Below are positions 18,415 to 26,804 of a stretch of DNA of 64,000 bases, piece by piece. The position numbers and the translations under genes are program-made. Source of the stretch: Desulfomonilia bacterium (GTDB taxonomy: Bacteria > Desulfobacterota > Desulfomonilia > UBA1062); NCBI GenBank assembly GCA_963664325.2, contig CAXXDQ010000003.1, positions 192,001 through 256,000 on the forward strand, written 5' to 3'. Under the pieces are notes generated by a model. The model made no database searches. It worked only from the letters and a program-made list of their open reading frames with translations, and was not told where the DNA came from. The first letter of the stretch is position 1. Each line of letters starts with the position of its first letter.

Positions 18415-19464
18415 ATGAAGCTTGAACAATCTGATTTCGGACAGCTGAGTGACGGCAGCAAGGTAGGCCTCTGGCGTCTGCAGGCCGGTGATATCGAGGT
18501 CAGGCTGACCAATTTCGGAGCGGCGATAGTATCAATGATTTGCCCGGACACATCCGGGAATATGGCTGATATAGTGCTCGGCTATGACACCGTCAATGAA
18601 TACGAGAACGATAAGATATATGCCGGCAGCACCATTGGCAGAGTGGCCAACAGGATCGATAAGGGCAGATTCACCCTTGACGGCAATGTCTACGAACTTC
18701 CCAGAAACTCCGGAGAGGTTCACCTGCATGGCGGGATAAACGGTTTCAACAAGGCTTTGTGGCAGGCGCAGGAGCTTGAAGTGGAAAACGGTCTCGGCCT
18801 TGAAATGAAATACCTGAGCCTTGACAATGAAGAAGGCTATCCCGGCAACCTCCAGGTCAAAGTGGTTTTTTCCCTGAAAAACGATAATTCCCTGAGAATC
18901 GATTATTATGCGCAGACCGACAAAAAGACGATTGTCAACCTTACAAACCATTCATATTTCAATCTTGCGGGTTCGGGCGACATCCTTGACCATGAGCTGT
19001 GGCTCAATTCGGAATACTTCCTTCCCATGAACAAGAATTTCGTTCCTATCGGCGCCGAGCTTTCGGTGAAAAATACGCCGATGGACTTTCATAAACAGAC
19101 AAGGATCGGGAACAGGATAAACGACAACTACCAGCAGATAAAGCTTGCCGGGGGATATGACCACAACTATGTCATCTCGGGCAACGGGGGAGAAATGAGG
19201 AAGGCGGCCATAGTACATGAGCCGCAATCCGGCAGGGTCCTTGAGGTATTTACCACGCAACCGGGAATACAGTTCTACTCGGGCAACTTTCTTGACGGGA
19301 GCGTTACCGGAAAATCCGGGAAGGTTTATCAGAAAAGAAACGGCCTCTGCCTGGAGACGCAGCATTATCCGGATTCTCCGAATCATAAAGATTTTCCGTC
19401 AATCGAACTCAGCCCCGGCGATACTTACAGGCAGGCGACAATCTTCAGGGTTACTGCAGAATAA
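18415..19464 (+). CDS. galM: Aldose 1-epimerase (mutarotase)
   Basis: GRVANRI, HLHGG, NLTNHSYFNL, GGYDHN and CLETQHYPDSPN motifs. Confidence 0.95.
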   Translation: MKLEQSDFGQLSDGSKVGLWRLQAGDIEVRLTNFGAAIVSMICPDTSGNMADIVLGYDTVNEYENDKIYAGSTIGRVANRIDKGRFTLDGNVYELPRNSGEVHLHGGINGFNKALWQAQELEVENGLGLEMKYLSLDNEEGYPGNLQVKVVFSLKNDNSLRIDYYAQTDKKTIVNLTNHSYFNLAGSGDILDHELWLNSEYFLPMNKNFVPIGAELSVKNTPMDFHKQTRIGNRINDNYQQIKLAGGYDHNYVISGNGGEMRKAAIVHEPQSGRVLEVFTTQPGIQFYSGNFLDGSVTGKSGKVYQKRNGLCLETQHYPDSPNHKDFPSIELSPGDTYRQATIFRVTAE

Positions 19465-19569
19465 TAAAATATTTTCCGCATTATATGCGGAGATCGATTT
19501 TTTTAAGGGGAGGGTATCATGAAAAGGGCGCTGAGGAGGCCTTTTACAAAAGACTAGCAGGGAGGAGAA

Positions 19570-20200
19570 ATGGAGCTTTTAAAGAAACTGTCCGAGTCAG
19601 TATGCAGCGGCGATATGGAGTCAGCTCTTAAGCTTACAGATCAGGCGCTGGCCGGAGGCGTTGGCGTATCCGACATACTGGAGCTGGGTCTGATCACCGC
19701 GATGTCAAAAGTGGGCGAAGACTTCAAGAACGGGGAAATTTTCGTGCCCGAGATGCTCATTGCGGCACGGGCCATGAACAAAGCCCTTGAAAGGCTGGAG
19801 CCTGAAATGGTCCGCGGGAACATCGAATCAAAGGGCACGTTTATCATCGGTGCCGTCAAGGGCGACCTGCATGACATAGGCAAAAACCTGGTGGGAATAA
19901 TGTTCAAGGGTGCCGGGTTCAGGGTCATTGACCTGGGCACCGATGTGAGCCTGGAAAAATTCATAAAGGCCGCGAAAGAATATAACCCCCGATATAATCG
20001 GCATCTCTTCACTCCTGACAACTACAATGCCCTACATGCAGACCATCATTGAAGGGTTGCGCGCCGAAGGCGTGGGCGCAAAAATTATTGTGGGCGGGGC
20101 GCCCCTCAACAGGGAATTCGCACTCAGCATCAATGCCGACGGTTACGCTGAAAATGCCGCGGAAGCGGCCGATCTCGGCAAAAGTCTGATGGGAATATGA
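19570..20200 (+). pseudogene. Cobalamin-binding corrinoid protein (MttC/MtaC-like), frameshifted by one extra C in a C5 run at 19986-19990
   Basis: FVPEMLIAARAM and KGDLHDIGKN in the first frame; removing one C continues ...NPDIIGISSLLTTTMPYM...IIVGGAP...ADGYAENA..., stop at 20198-20200 (209 aa). Confidence 0.85.
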
Positions 20201-20204
20201 AGAT

Positions 20205-21293
20205 ATGATGGAGCTCTCCGATGTAATGCCCATCGAGCATATCGACGACTGGGAAATGCGCATCAGAAGGCAGGATGCAGCTTTCAGATTCGAAATACTT
20301 GACAGGCCGATGGTTGATTTGTCGTTTTTTGAATATAACCCGGACTATCCTTTTCCGACCAAACAGCACGACTCATTCGAACAATGGTGGCTGGATATCG
20401 ATTATCAGGTTGAACTCTGGCTGGCCCTGACCATGGGCACATGCTGCATGGGAGACGCTCTGCCCAAGTTCATACCAAACCTGGGGCCTGATTTCTTTGC
20501 CGCATGCTACGGCGGGAAGATGGTTTTTGAGCAGACCACATCGTTTATAGAACCGTTTCTGGAAAACTGGGAAGACGCGGACAGACTGGAGTTTGACTGG
20601 AAGAACCCCTATTTTCTGAAAATGGAAGAATTATATCAAGCCACACTTGAAGTCGGCAAAAACAGGTTCTATATTGCCTGGCCCGACATACACGCCGGCG
20701 GTGACTGCCTGGCGGGGTTCAGGGGGCCTGCGAACCTGGCCATGGACCTTTACGACAACCGTGAACAGATCAAGATATTGCTTAGGAAAGTAACAAAGGA
20801 TTTTTTCAAGCTCTACGACCACTACTATGACAAACTCACAAAGGCCCATCAGCCATGCACCGGCTGGCCGGGTCCGGTTTCAACTTACAGATGGCATGTT
20901 CCGTCAAACGACTTTTCTTACATGATCTCGCCCAGGGACTTTGACGAGATTTTCCTCGAGGGCTTAAGGGAAGAGAACCGCTACATGGAGGCTAACATCC
21001 ACCACCTGGACGGCCCCGGCTGCCTGAGGCACCTGGACAGCCTGCTGACCATCAGGGAATTGAATATGATCCAGTGGGTTTACGGAGCAGGCCGCGGCAG
21101 GGCCGGCGATTATATCGAGCTCTATAAAAAGATACAGGCCTCAGGAAAAGGCCTCCAGTTCCAGGATGTGGAGGTTGACGAAGTGGATAAACTGATAAGC
21201 GAGCTCAGACCCGAGGGCGTCTGGATGCACGTGAATGTTGCGGACAGGGAACAGGCCGAAGCCGTGCTGAGAAAGGTTGAAAAGTGGAAGTAG
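20205..21293 (+). CDS. URO-D/MtaA-CmuA superfamily TIM-barrel protein (putative corrinoid methyltransferase)
   Basis: LAGFRGPANLAMDLYD, DFSYMISP.DFDEIF, HHLDGPG and IQWVYGAG motifs; adjacent to the corrinoid gene. Confidence 0.7.
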   Translation: MMELSDVMPIEHIDDWEMRIRRQDAAFRFEILDRPMVDLSFFEYNPDYPFPTKQHDSFEQWWLDIDYQVELWLALTMGTCCMGDALPKFIPNLGPDFFAACYGGKMVFEQTTSFIEPFLENWEDADRLEFDWKNPYFLKMEELYQATLEVGKNRFYIAWPDIHAGGDCLAGFRGPANLAMDLYDNREQIKILLRKVTKDFFKLYDHYYDKLTKAHQPCTGWPGPVSTYRWHVPSNDFSYMISPRDFDEIFLEGLREENRYMEANIHHLDGPGCLRHLDSLLTIRELNMIQWVYGAGRGRAGDYIELYKKIQASGKGLQFQDVEVDEVDKLISELRPEGVWMHVNVADREQAEAVLRKVEKWK

Positions 21294-21619
21294 AATATAA
21301 TCAGTAAAACCATTCGCGAGCCTACGCCGTACCTGGTTAGATGTTAATGTGCGGCTTGGGATGACAGGCCCTTCGCCAATTTATAATTTCTTATGGAATT
21401 CGCTATGGGATATGGTTCGCAGATACCCTGAGATTTCAACAAGATATTTTCAGGATAGGTGGAACAAAGCAGACCCCATTAATTCAGCCAGATGATTTCC
21501 TTAATGAACTTATTAAAAGTGACAGAATCAAATATATTGAGATGGATTATGTAGACTTCACTAATCATAATCGCTGGTTGCTGTAATGTGGGGTCTCGAA
21601 CCTTAATCTTGCATAGGCC

Positions 21620-21647
21620 TTGACTTGCCGGGAAAGCGGCTTATAAT
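21620..21647 (+). promoter_or_regulatory. Sigma70-type promoter
   Basis: TTGACT-16 nt-TATAAT about 200 nt upstream of the 21844 gene. Confidence 0.6.
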
Positions 21648-21843
21648 TCAAGCATTGTTAAATGTAATCTGGTCCGGCATCGGCCGATTATCCGGAGGAG
21701 GGTGCTGTTAATAAATCAAAATCATTTCATCGCTGATTTCTCCTCTCATACTGTCTGGATAAGCCGGATGGGCATTGGGATATTGATATCGTCATCTGCC
21801 GGTCAGCCGACCGGCCGGTGCTTAATACATAAGGAGGTACAGG

Positions 21844-23568
21844 GTGAATAGAATTTTAGGATTGACCGTATTGATCGTCATAATGGCATGTGTATCGGGG
21901 TGCATCATCTCCGCCTCTCCCGATCCGCATGATACCATCGTCATGCAGTTGAACGAATACCAGTATTTCACTGTTTCCAATGTGCCGGTGCCGGGTGCAA
22001 ACATGAGCGAGGCCACCTGGGAGGCCGATCGCGACCCGGGATGGTTCGAGTCCCAGCTCAATGGACCGACCACTTTCAGTCTGAGCATGATGCCGCAGAG
22101 CGCAGGACGTTTTTCGATATCTTGCCATGTCGTGGATTTTCTCGGGTCGCCCACCGGGCCCGGCATCCATATGATAGACCTGTGGTCAGGCTCGCGAACC
22201 TGGACGGTTATCGTCCAGGGCGTTGAAATCACGCCTAAGACCTGTCTTGCACAGACAAGCGGGATCACCCAGACGTATACCGCCCTTGTGTATCCTGAAG
22301 GCGCCTACGCGTTTGCCTGGTACCTGGACGGGCAGCTGGTGTGCACGCAGCAGGTTTTCAATTTTACACCTGCGCCGGACCAGGTCGGCCACCATGTCCT
22401 CGTAGTCACGGCTCAGCTGGGAAACACCGTCTATACCTCCACCAAGGACATATATGTGCCGCTTGCAAGGGTGGGGGGCAATGCCTGGGATTATGCCTAT
22501 AACATCGCCCCCACCGCGGATGGCGGGTTCATCCTCGCCGGATCATCAGAGTCGGATGATATCCCTGCCCTTCCCGGCATCGGGGAGAAGAACGATTACC
22601 TTGTCAAGTTTGACAGCGCCGAGATGGTATGGCAGGAAATCCTGGGAAAACCGAACGCGAAGTTGGAATTGACGCATATCACCCAGACCCCTGATGGCGG
22701 ATATATCGCGTCCGAATACCTGGATTATGGAGAAGGTCACATCCTCCGGTTAAATGAAGCGGGAGACCTTGTCTGGCGCAGTGAATACGGACAAGCCCCA
22801 CTGGAAGATTCTTTTGCAGCCGACCTGCAGGGTACTGCGGACGGTGGCGCCATCATGATCGAATATGATACCAACGTGCTGGCCAAGCTCGACGCACAGG
22901 GCATTGTGCAGTGGCTGAAAGAGCTTTCAATCGGCACGGCAACCATCAATGCCGCGGCCCAGACCGCGGACGGCGGGTATCTGGTCGTCGGACTGGTCCA
23001 GCAGGATGCTATCCCGGGTCTCTCAGTCCAAGGCTCGGGGGATGGTCTGATCATAAGGCTTGATGCTGCAGGCGAACCGCTCTGGTACCAGCGTTGCGGC
23101 GGTAGCGGATGGGATAATGCTTCCGGTGTCAGGCTTACATCCGATGGCGGGTTCATCGTATGGGGAATGACAAGCTCGGAAGATATTCCCTCGGGAGCGG
23201 TTCCGGGATTTGACAGATATGGCCAGAATCAATATCTCTGCAAATGCGATGAGCTGGGAAACATACAGTGGCAGAAACGGTATGGCTACTATTTTATCAG
23301 TAATGTCCAGACTCGCTCGGACGGAGGCTATCTCCTGATCGGTGATGACCATTCCCCGGTAACCGATGCCCTTGAAGGTTTGATCATCAGGCTCGATCAG
23401 AACGGGAACGAGCAGAACCGGTACATGATTGGCGACGGGAAAAGTCACGTTTCCTATTCCGTGTTGCCCGGGGGGATGCTCAGGACCGCTGCGGGAGGAT
23501 TTCTCGTAGCCGTAAATCTCGCCGACGATATCTTTCTGCTGCCGTTTGACTCCGAAGGTAAGCCGTGA
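21844..23568 (+). CDS. Lipoprotein with Ig/PKD-like stalk and C-terminal beta-propeller-like repeats
   Basis: AAGGAGG RBS with GTG start, lipobox VSGC, WYLDG...VGHHVLVV module, repeated T.DGG(F/Y)I...LD..G..VW units. Confidence 0.75.
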   Translation: MNRILGLTVLIVIMACVSGCIISASPDPHDTIVMQLNEYQYFTVSNVPVPGANMSEATWEADRDPGWFESQLNGPTTFSLSMMPQSAGRFSISCHVVDFLGSPTGPGIHMIDLWSGSRTWTVIVQGVEITPKTCLAQTSGITQTYTALVYPEGAYAFAWYLDGQLVCTQQVFNFTPAPDQVGHHVLVVTAQLGNTVYTSTKDIYVPLARVGGNAWDYAYNIAPTADGGFILAGSSESDDIPALPGIGEKNDYLVKFDSAEMVWQEILGKPNAKLELTHITQTPDGGYIASEYLDYGEGHILRLNEAGDLVWRSEYGQAPLEDSFAADLQGTADGGAIMIEYDTNVLAKLDAQGIVQWLKELSIGTATINAAAQTADGGYLVVGLVQQDAIPGLSVQGSGDGLIIRLDAAGEPLWYQRCGGSGWDNASGVRLTSDGGFIVWGMTSSEDIPSGAVPGFDRYGQNQYLCKCDELGNIQWQKRYGYYFISNVQTRSDGGYLLIGDDHSPVTDALEGLIIRLDQNGNEQNRYMIGDGKSHVSYSVLPGGMLRTAAGGFLVAVNLADDIFLLPFDSEGKP

Positions 23569-23599
23569 TGGGTTGGCGGGCCGCTGGAAAATAGGCTGT

Positions 23600-23634
23600 A
23601 AAGGGCCGGGACACAGGGTCCTGGCCCTTTTGTT
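23600..23634 (+). terminator. Intrinsic terminator
   Basis: aaagggccgggac-acagg-gtcctggcccttt followed by T-rich tail. Confidence 0.7.
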
Positions 23635-23912
23635 TGTCTGTAGATAATGAATCCTGTAAGGTTTTCACATCTCATGCAAAGCGGTGAATTATCTTGAAGC
23701 CGCAAAATTACTGTACTGAAACTTGATTTTTAAAATATCGGTTCTCAATTTGTCATATAGATGAGCACGACAGGGATGTCTCCGATAATGAAAAAAAATA
23801 TCAGGAGATCATGGCCGAACTCGATGCGCGAAGAAGCATGGCTGCCTGACAGGCTGCCGGTGAATCTACGGCCTGCAGCAAAGGCTGTTTTATATCGTCA
23901 GCCGCAGATGCC

Positions 23913-24920
23913 CTAGGCTTCGATCTCGAAACCGGCATCCTCGATCATGCGCAATGCCTCGTCCTGCGGCTGGCCGCCCTCGGTGAGATAGCCGTTTACG
24001 AATATCGAATTCACGATGAAAAGGGCCAGAGGCTGCAGGCTCTTCAGGTGGACCTCTCTTCCTCCGGCAACGCGTATGTCCGCTGCGGGATTGAGAAGTC
24101 TGGCCAACGCCAGCACTCTGAGGCAGCGCATGGGTGTAAGCCCGGTCTCCAGTGTTTCGAACGGGGTTCCCTTGACCGGGATGAGGAAATTAATCGGTAC
24201 GGATTCCGGCTTTATCTTTGAGAGCGTCATGAGCATGTCCACGATGTCCTCGTCCGTCTCGCCCTGGCCTATGATGCCGCCCGAGCAGAGTTCGAGCCCT
24301 GCGTTGCGGCATGTCTCAAGGTTGCGGACACGTTCGGCCCATGTGTGCGTGGTGCATATGTTGGGGTAGTGGCGTTCGCTGGTGTTGAGATTGTGGTTGA
24401 TGCGGTCGAGCCCTGAAGTGCTAAGCCTTAGCGCCTGATCCGGCGTGAGAAACCCAAGCGAGCAGCAGATGGGAATCCCGGCCTTTTCCTTGATGGCCCT
24501 GACTGCGCTGCACAGTGCGTCTACTTCCGCATCGCTCAAGGTAATTCCGCTCAGCCCGATACAGAAGCGGTGCGCATTAAGCCTCTTTGCATTGGCGGCT
24601 TCGGTTATGAGCGTTTCCGTTGCCTTTAGTCCGTGGCGCGCGATCTCGGCACCCGAGACACAGGATTGCGAGCAGTAATGGCAGTCTTCGGTGCATATGC
24701 CGCTCTTGGCATTGCTGAGCACCTGAACCTGAACGCGCCTTCCGAAAAAATGCCTGCGCACCTGCCATGCCGCATTAAAGAGGCTGAGCGAATCATCGCC
24801 GGAAGCGGCAAGAATGGTGAGCGCCGTTTTTCTTGACAGCACCTTGCCTGATATTACGGATTTCGCCAAACCGGAATAATTCATTTTATGACGTGTATGT
24901 TTTTTCCCGTCTGCGGGCAA
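23913..24920 (-). CDS. bioB: Biotin synthase (radical SAM)
   Basis: NAKSGICTEDCHYCSQS, NHNLNTS, CSGGIIGQGE, SVPINFL.PVKGTP, RVAGGRE and GYLT motifs; start codon uncertain. Confidence 0.95.
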   Translation of the reverse strand: MPADGKKHTRHKMNYSGLAKSVISGKVLSRKTALTILAASGDDSLSLFNAAWQVRRHFFGRRVQVQVLSNAKSGICTEDCHYCSQSCVSGAEIARHGLKATETLITEAANAKRLNAHRFCIGLSGITLSDAEVDALCSAVRAIKEKAGIPICCSLGFLTPDQALRLSTSGLDRINHNLNTSERHYPNICTTHTWAERVRNLETCRNAGLELCSGGIIGQGETDEDIVDMLMTLSKIKPESVPINFLIPVKGTPFETLETGLTPMRCLRVLALARLLNPAADIRVAGGREVHLKSLQPLALFIVNSIFVNGYLTEGGQPQDEALRMIEDAGFEIEA

Positions 24921-25037
24921 GGAATTTATCAGGCCGGAACAGTTATGCCTGTCAGTCGTTTATCATAAGGCCTCATGTGTCACCTTGAAATGAAACAAAA
25001 TGGTTAATTTGTCATGGATCAAAGCCAGGCATCGTAT

Positions 25038-26804
25038 CTATTTTTCTTTCCATAACATATCCCTCAATCCGCTGGAGCTGGAAGCTGACCATGATGATGC
25101 CGTTTCGATGATGCCGGGGTTTGCCCAGACTGTAAGGCTTTTCCTGGCGCGGGTGATCCCGGTGTAAACAAGCTCTTTCGTGAGCACCTCGGAATCCTTT
25201 TCGGGCAGGATAAGAAGGACATTATCGAATTCCGAACCCTGGGACTTGTGGACCGTCATGGCGAAGACGGGCTCGTTTTCCGGAAGCCTCGCTACCGGGA
25301 TACTTCTAAGCCGGTTCCCTCCCTCCTGCGCCTGCTCGAACCAGGCTTCGAGCACGCCGTCCGGCCTCCTGGCGACTATGCCGACATCACCGTTAAACAG
25401 CCTCAGCGTATAGTCGTTCTTCGTTATCATGACCGGCATCATGTCGTAATATCTGCCGCGGGGCGAGATGAGTCCGGCCGATGCCAGTATGCCCTCGACC
25501 GCAGCGGTTATGCCCGATACGCCGTAGGGGCCTTCCCTCAGGCCGCACAGTATCCTGAACGAGTTGAAGAGCGTGAGTTTATCGCTGATTGAACCTGCCT
25601 TTATGTAAGGCGAAAAGCGCTCTATAACGGTCTCTGCCAGCGCCCGCCTTATCCCGGATTTTTCCGGCGCAGGCCTGATGATAACGCCGCTGTCCTGCCC
25701 CGGCATTTTGGAAGCGAAGCTGCCGTCCCTCACACATGCGCTCAAAAGGCCAATCCCTGAAGAAGAAGAGAAGCGGTAGTTCTTCCTGAGTTCTACTATC
25801 GAATCCTGGAAGGAGCTTTCACCGTGAGGAAGCCTGAAGCCGGTAATGCCTTCCACGAGTCCGCAGAATTTATTTGAATATTCATGCGCGTCCCCGCTGT
25901 CGCATATGTCGCCCAGCACGAAGCCTTCTTCGACCGAGGACAGCTGGTCTTTGTCGCCTAAAAGTATCAGGCGCGCACCTTCCTTCATGGCCGAGGCAAG
26001 CCTCGACATGAGCGGCAGCGACACCATCGAGGCCTCGTCAATGACTATCACGTCTGCGGAAAGGGGCCTCTTTTCGTTGTAAACCGTCCTCGCCGGGTCG
26101 CCGCCAAGGCCGATGAGACGGTGTATGGTCAGGGCTTCCGAAGGGATGGCTTTTTTTATCCTGTCCTCGCAGTCAAGCGCGCCGAGCGCGTTCGCCACCG
26201 CCTCGCCCAGCCTTTTAGCGGCCTTTCCCGTGGGTGCGGCAAGTACGATTTCAAGGGTCGGGTCCTGTTCGAGGATGAGGCAGAGTATCCTCGCCACGGT
26301 CGTGGTCTTGCCCGTTCCCGGCCCGCCCGTGATTACGGAAAAGCCTCTTGTGGCCGCGGTGATTGAGGCGACCTTCTGCCAGTCGATCCTGCCTTCATTT
26401 CCGGGGAAGAGCCTGTCAAGACCTTCTCTGAGCCTGCCCGTTTCAAAACTTACAGGCTGTGATGCAAGCGTTAGGATCTTTACGGCAAGCCTCAGTTCAT
26501 ACAGGAAATATCTCATCAGGTAGAGTCTGCCCGCGTTATCGAGAACGAGAGGGGCGATATCATCACCCCGGCTAACGACACCTGAAGCCAGAAGCTCGTT
26601 TTCCCAGATTGCTGCATCGGGTATGACACCGATGCCTTCGATTTCTCTGCCCGCGTATCCGGCAAGGTCTGCGCAGATGTTACGCTCACTCAAGGCCCTG
26701 GCTGCGAGCGCTGCTGCGGCCGCAGCCGAGTGGCTGCCCGAAAGTCTTTCGATGAGCCCGGCGAGGTGAAGGTCTATCTGGGCGAACGTTTCGTCAGGCG
26801 TCAT
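25038..26804 (-). CDS. recD: Exodeoxyribonuclease V alpha subunit
   Basis: TGGPGTGKTTT, APTGKAA, IDEASMV, GDKDQL, FNGDVG, AMTVHKSQGSEF, YTGITRA. Start moved to ATG 26804, which overlaps the recB end. Confidence 0.95.
   Translation of the reverse strand: MTPDETFAQIDLHLAGLIERLSGSHSAAAAAALAARALSERNICADLAGYAGREIEGIGVIPDAAIWENELLASGVVSRGDDIAPLVLDNAGRLYLMRYFLYELRLAVKILTLASQPVSFETGRLREGLDRLFPGNEGRIDWQKVASITAATRGFSVITGGPGTGKTTTVARILCLILEQDPTLEIVLAAPTGKAAKRLGEAVANALGALDCEDRIKKAIPSEALTIHRLIGLGGDPARTVYNEKRPLSADVIVIDEASMVSLPLMSRLASAMKEGARLILLGDKDQLSSVEEGFVLGDICDSGDAHEYSNKFCGLVEGITGFRLPHGESSFQDSIVELRKNYRFSSSSGIGLLSACVRDGSFASKMPGQDSGVIIRPAPEKSGIRRALAETVIERFSPYIKAGSISDKLTLFNSFRILCGLREGPYGVSGITAAVEGILASAGLISPRGRYYDMMPVMITKNDYTLRLFNGDVGIVARRPDGVLEAWFEQAQEGGNRLRSIPVARLPENEPVFAMTVHKSQGSEFDNVLLILPEKDSEVLTKELVYTGITRARKSLTVWANPGIIETASSWSASSSSGLRDMLWKEK

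Noticed and set aside
21320-21500. Short open frame (...LWNSLWDMVRRYPEISTRYFQDRW...) that might be a gene remnant
   Set aside because: No recognisable family and no convincing start or RBS.
23760-23850. Fragment ending ...EKKYQEIMAELDARRSMAA resembling a transporter C-terminus
   Set aside because: Too short to assign and no upstream coding continuity.
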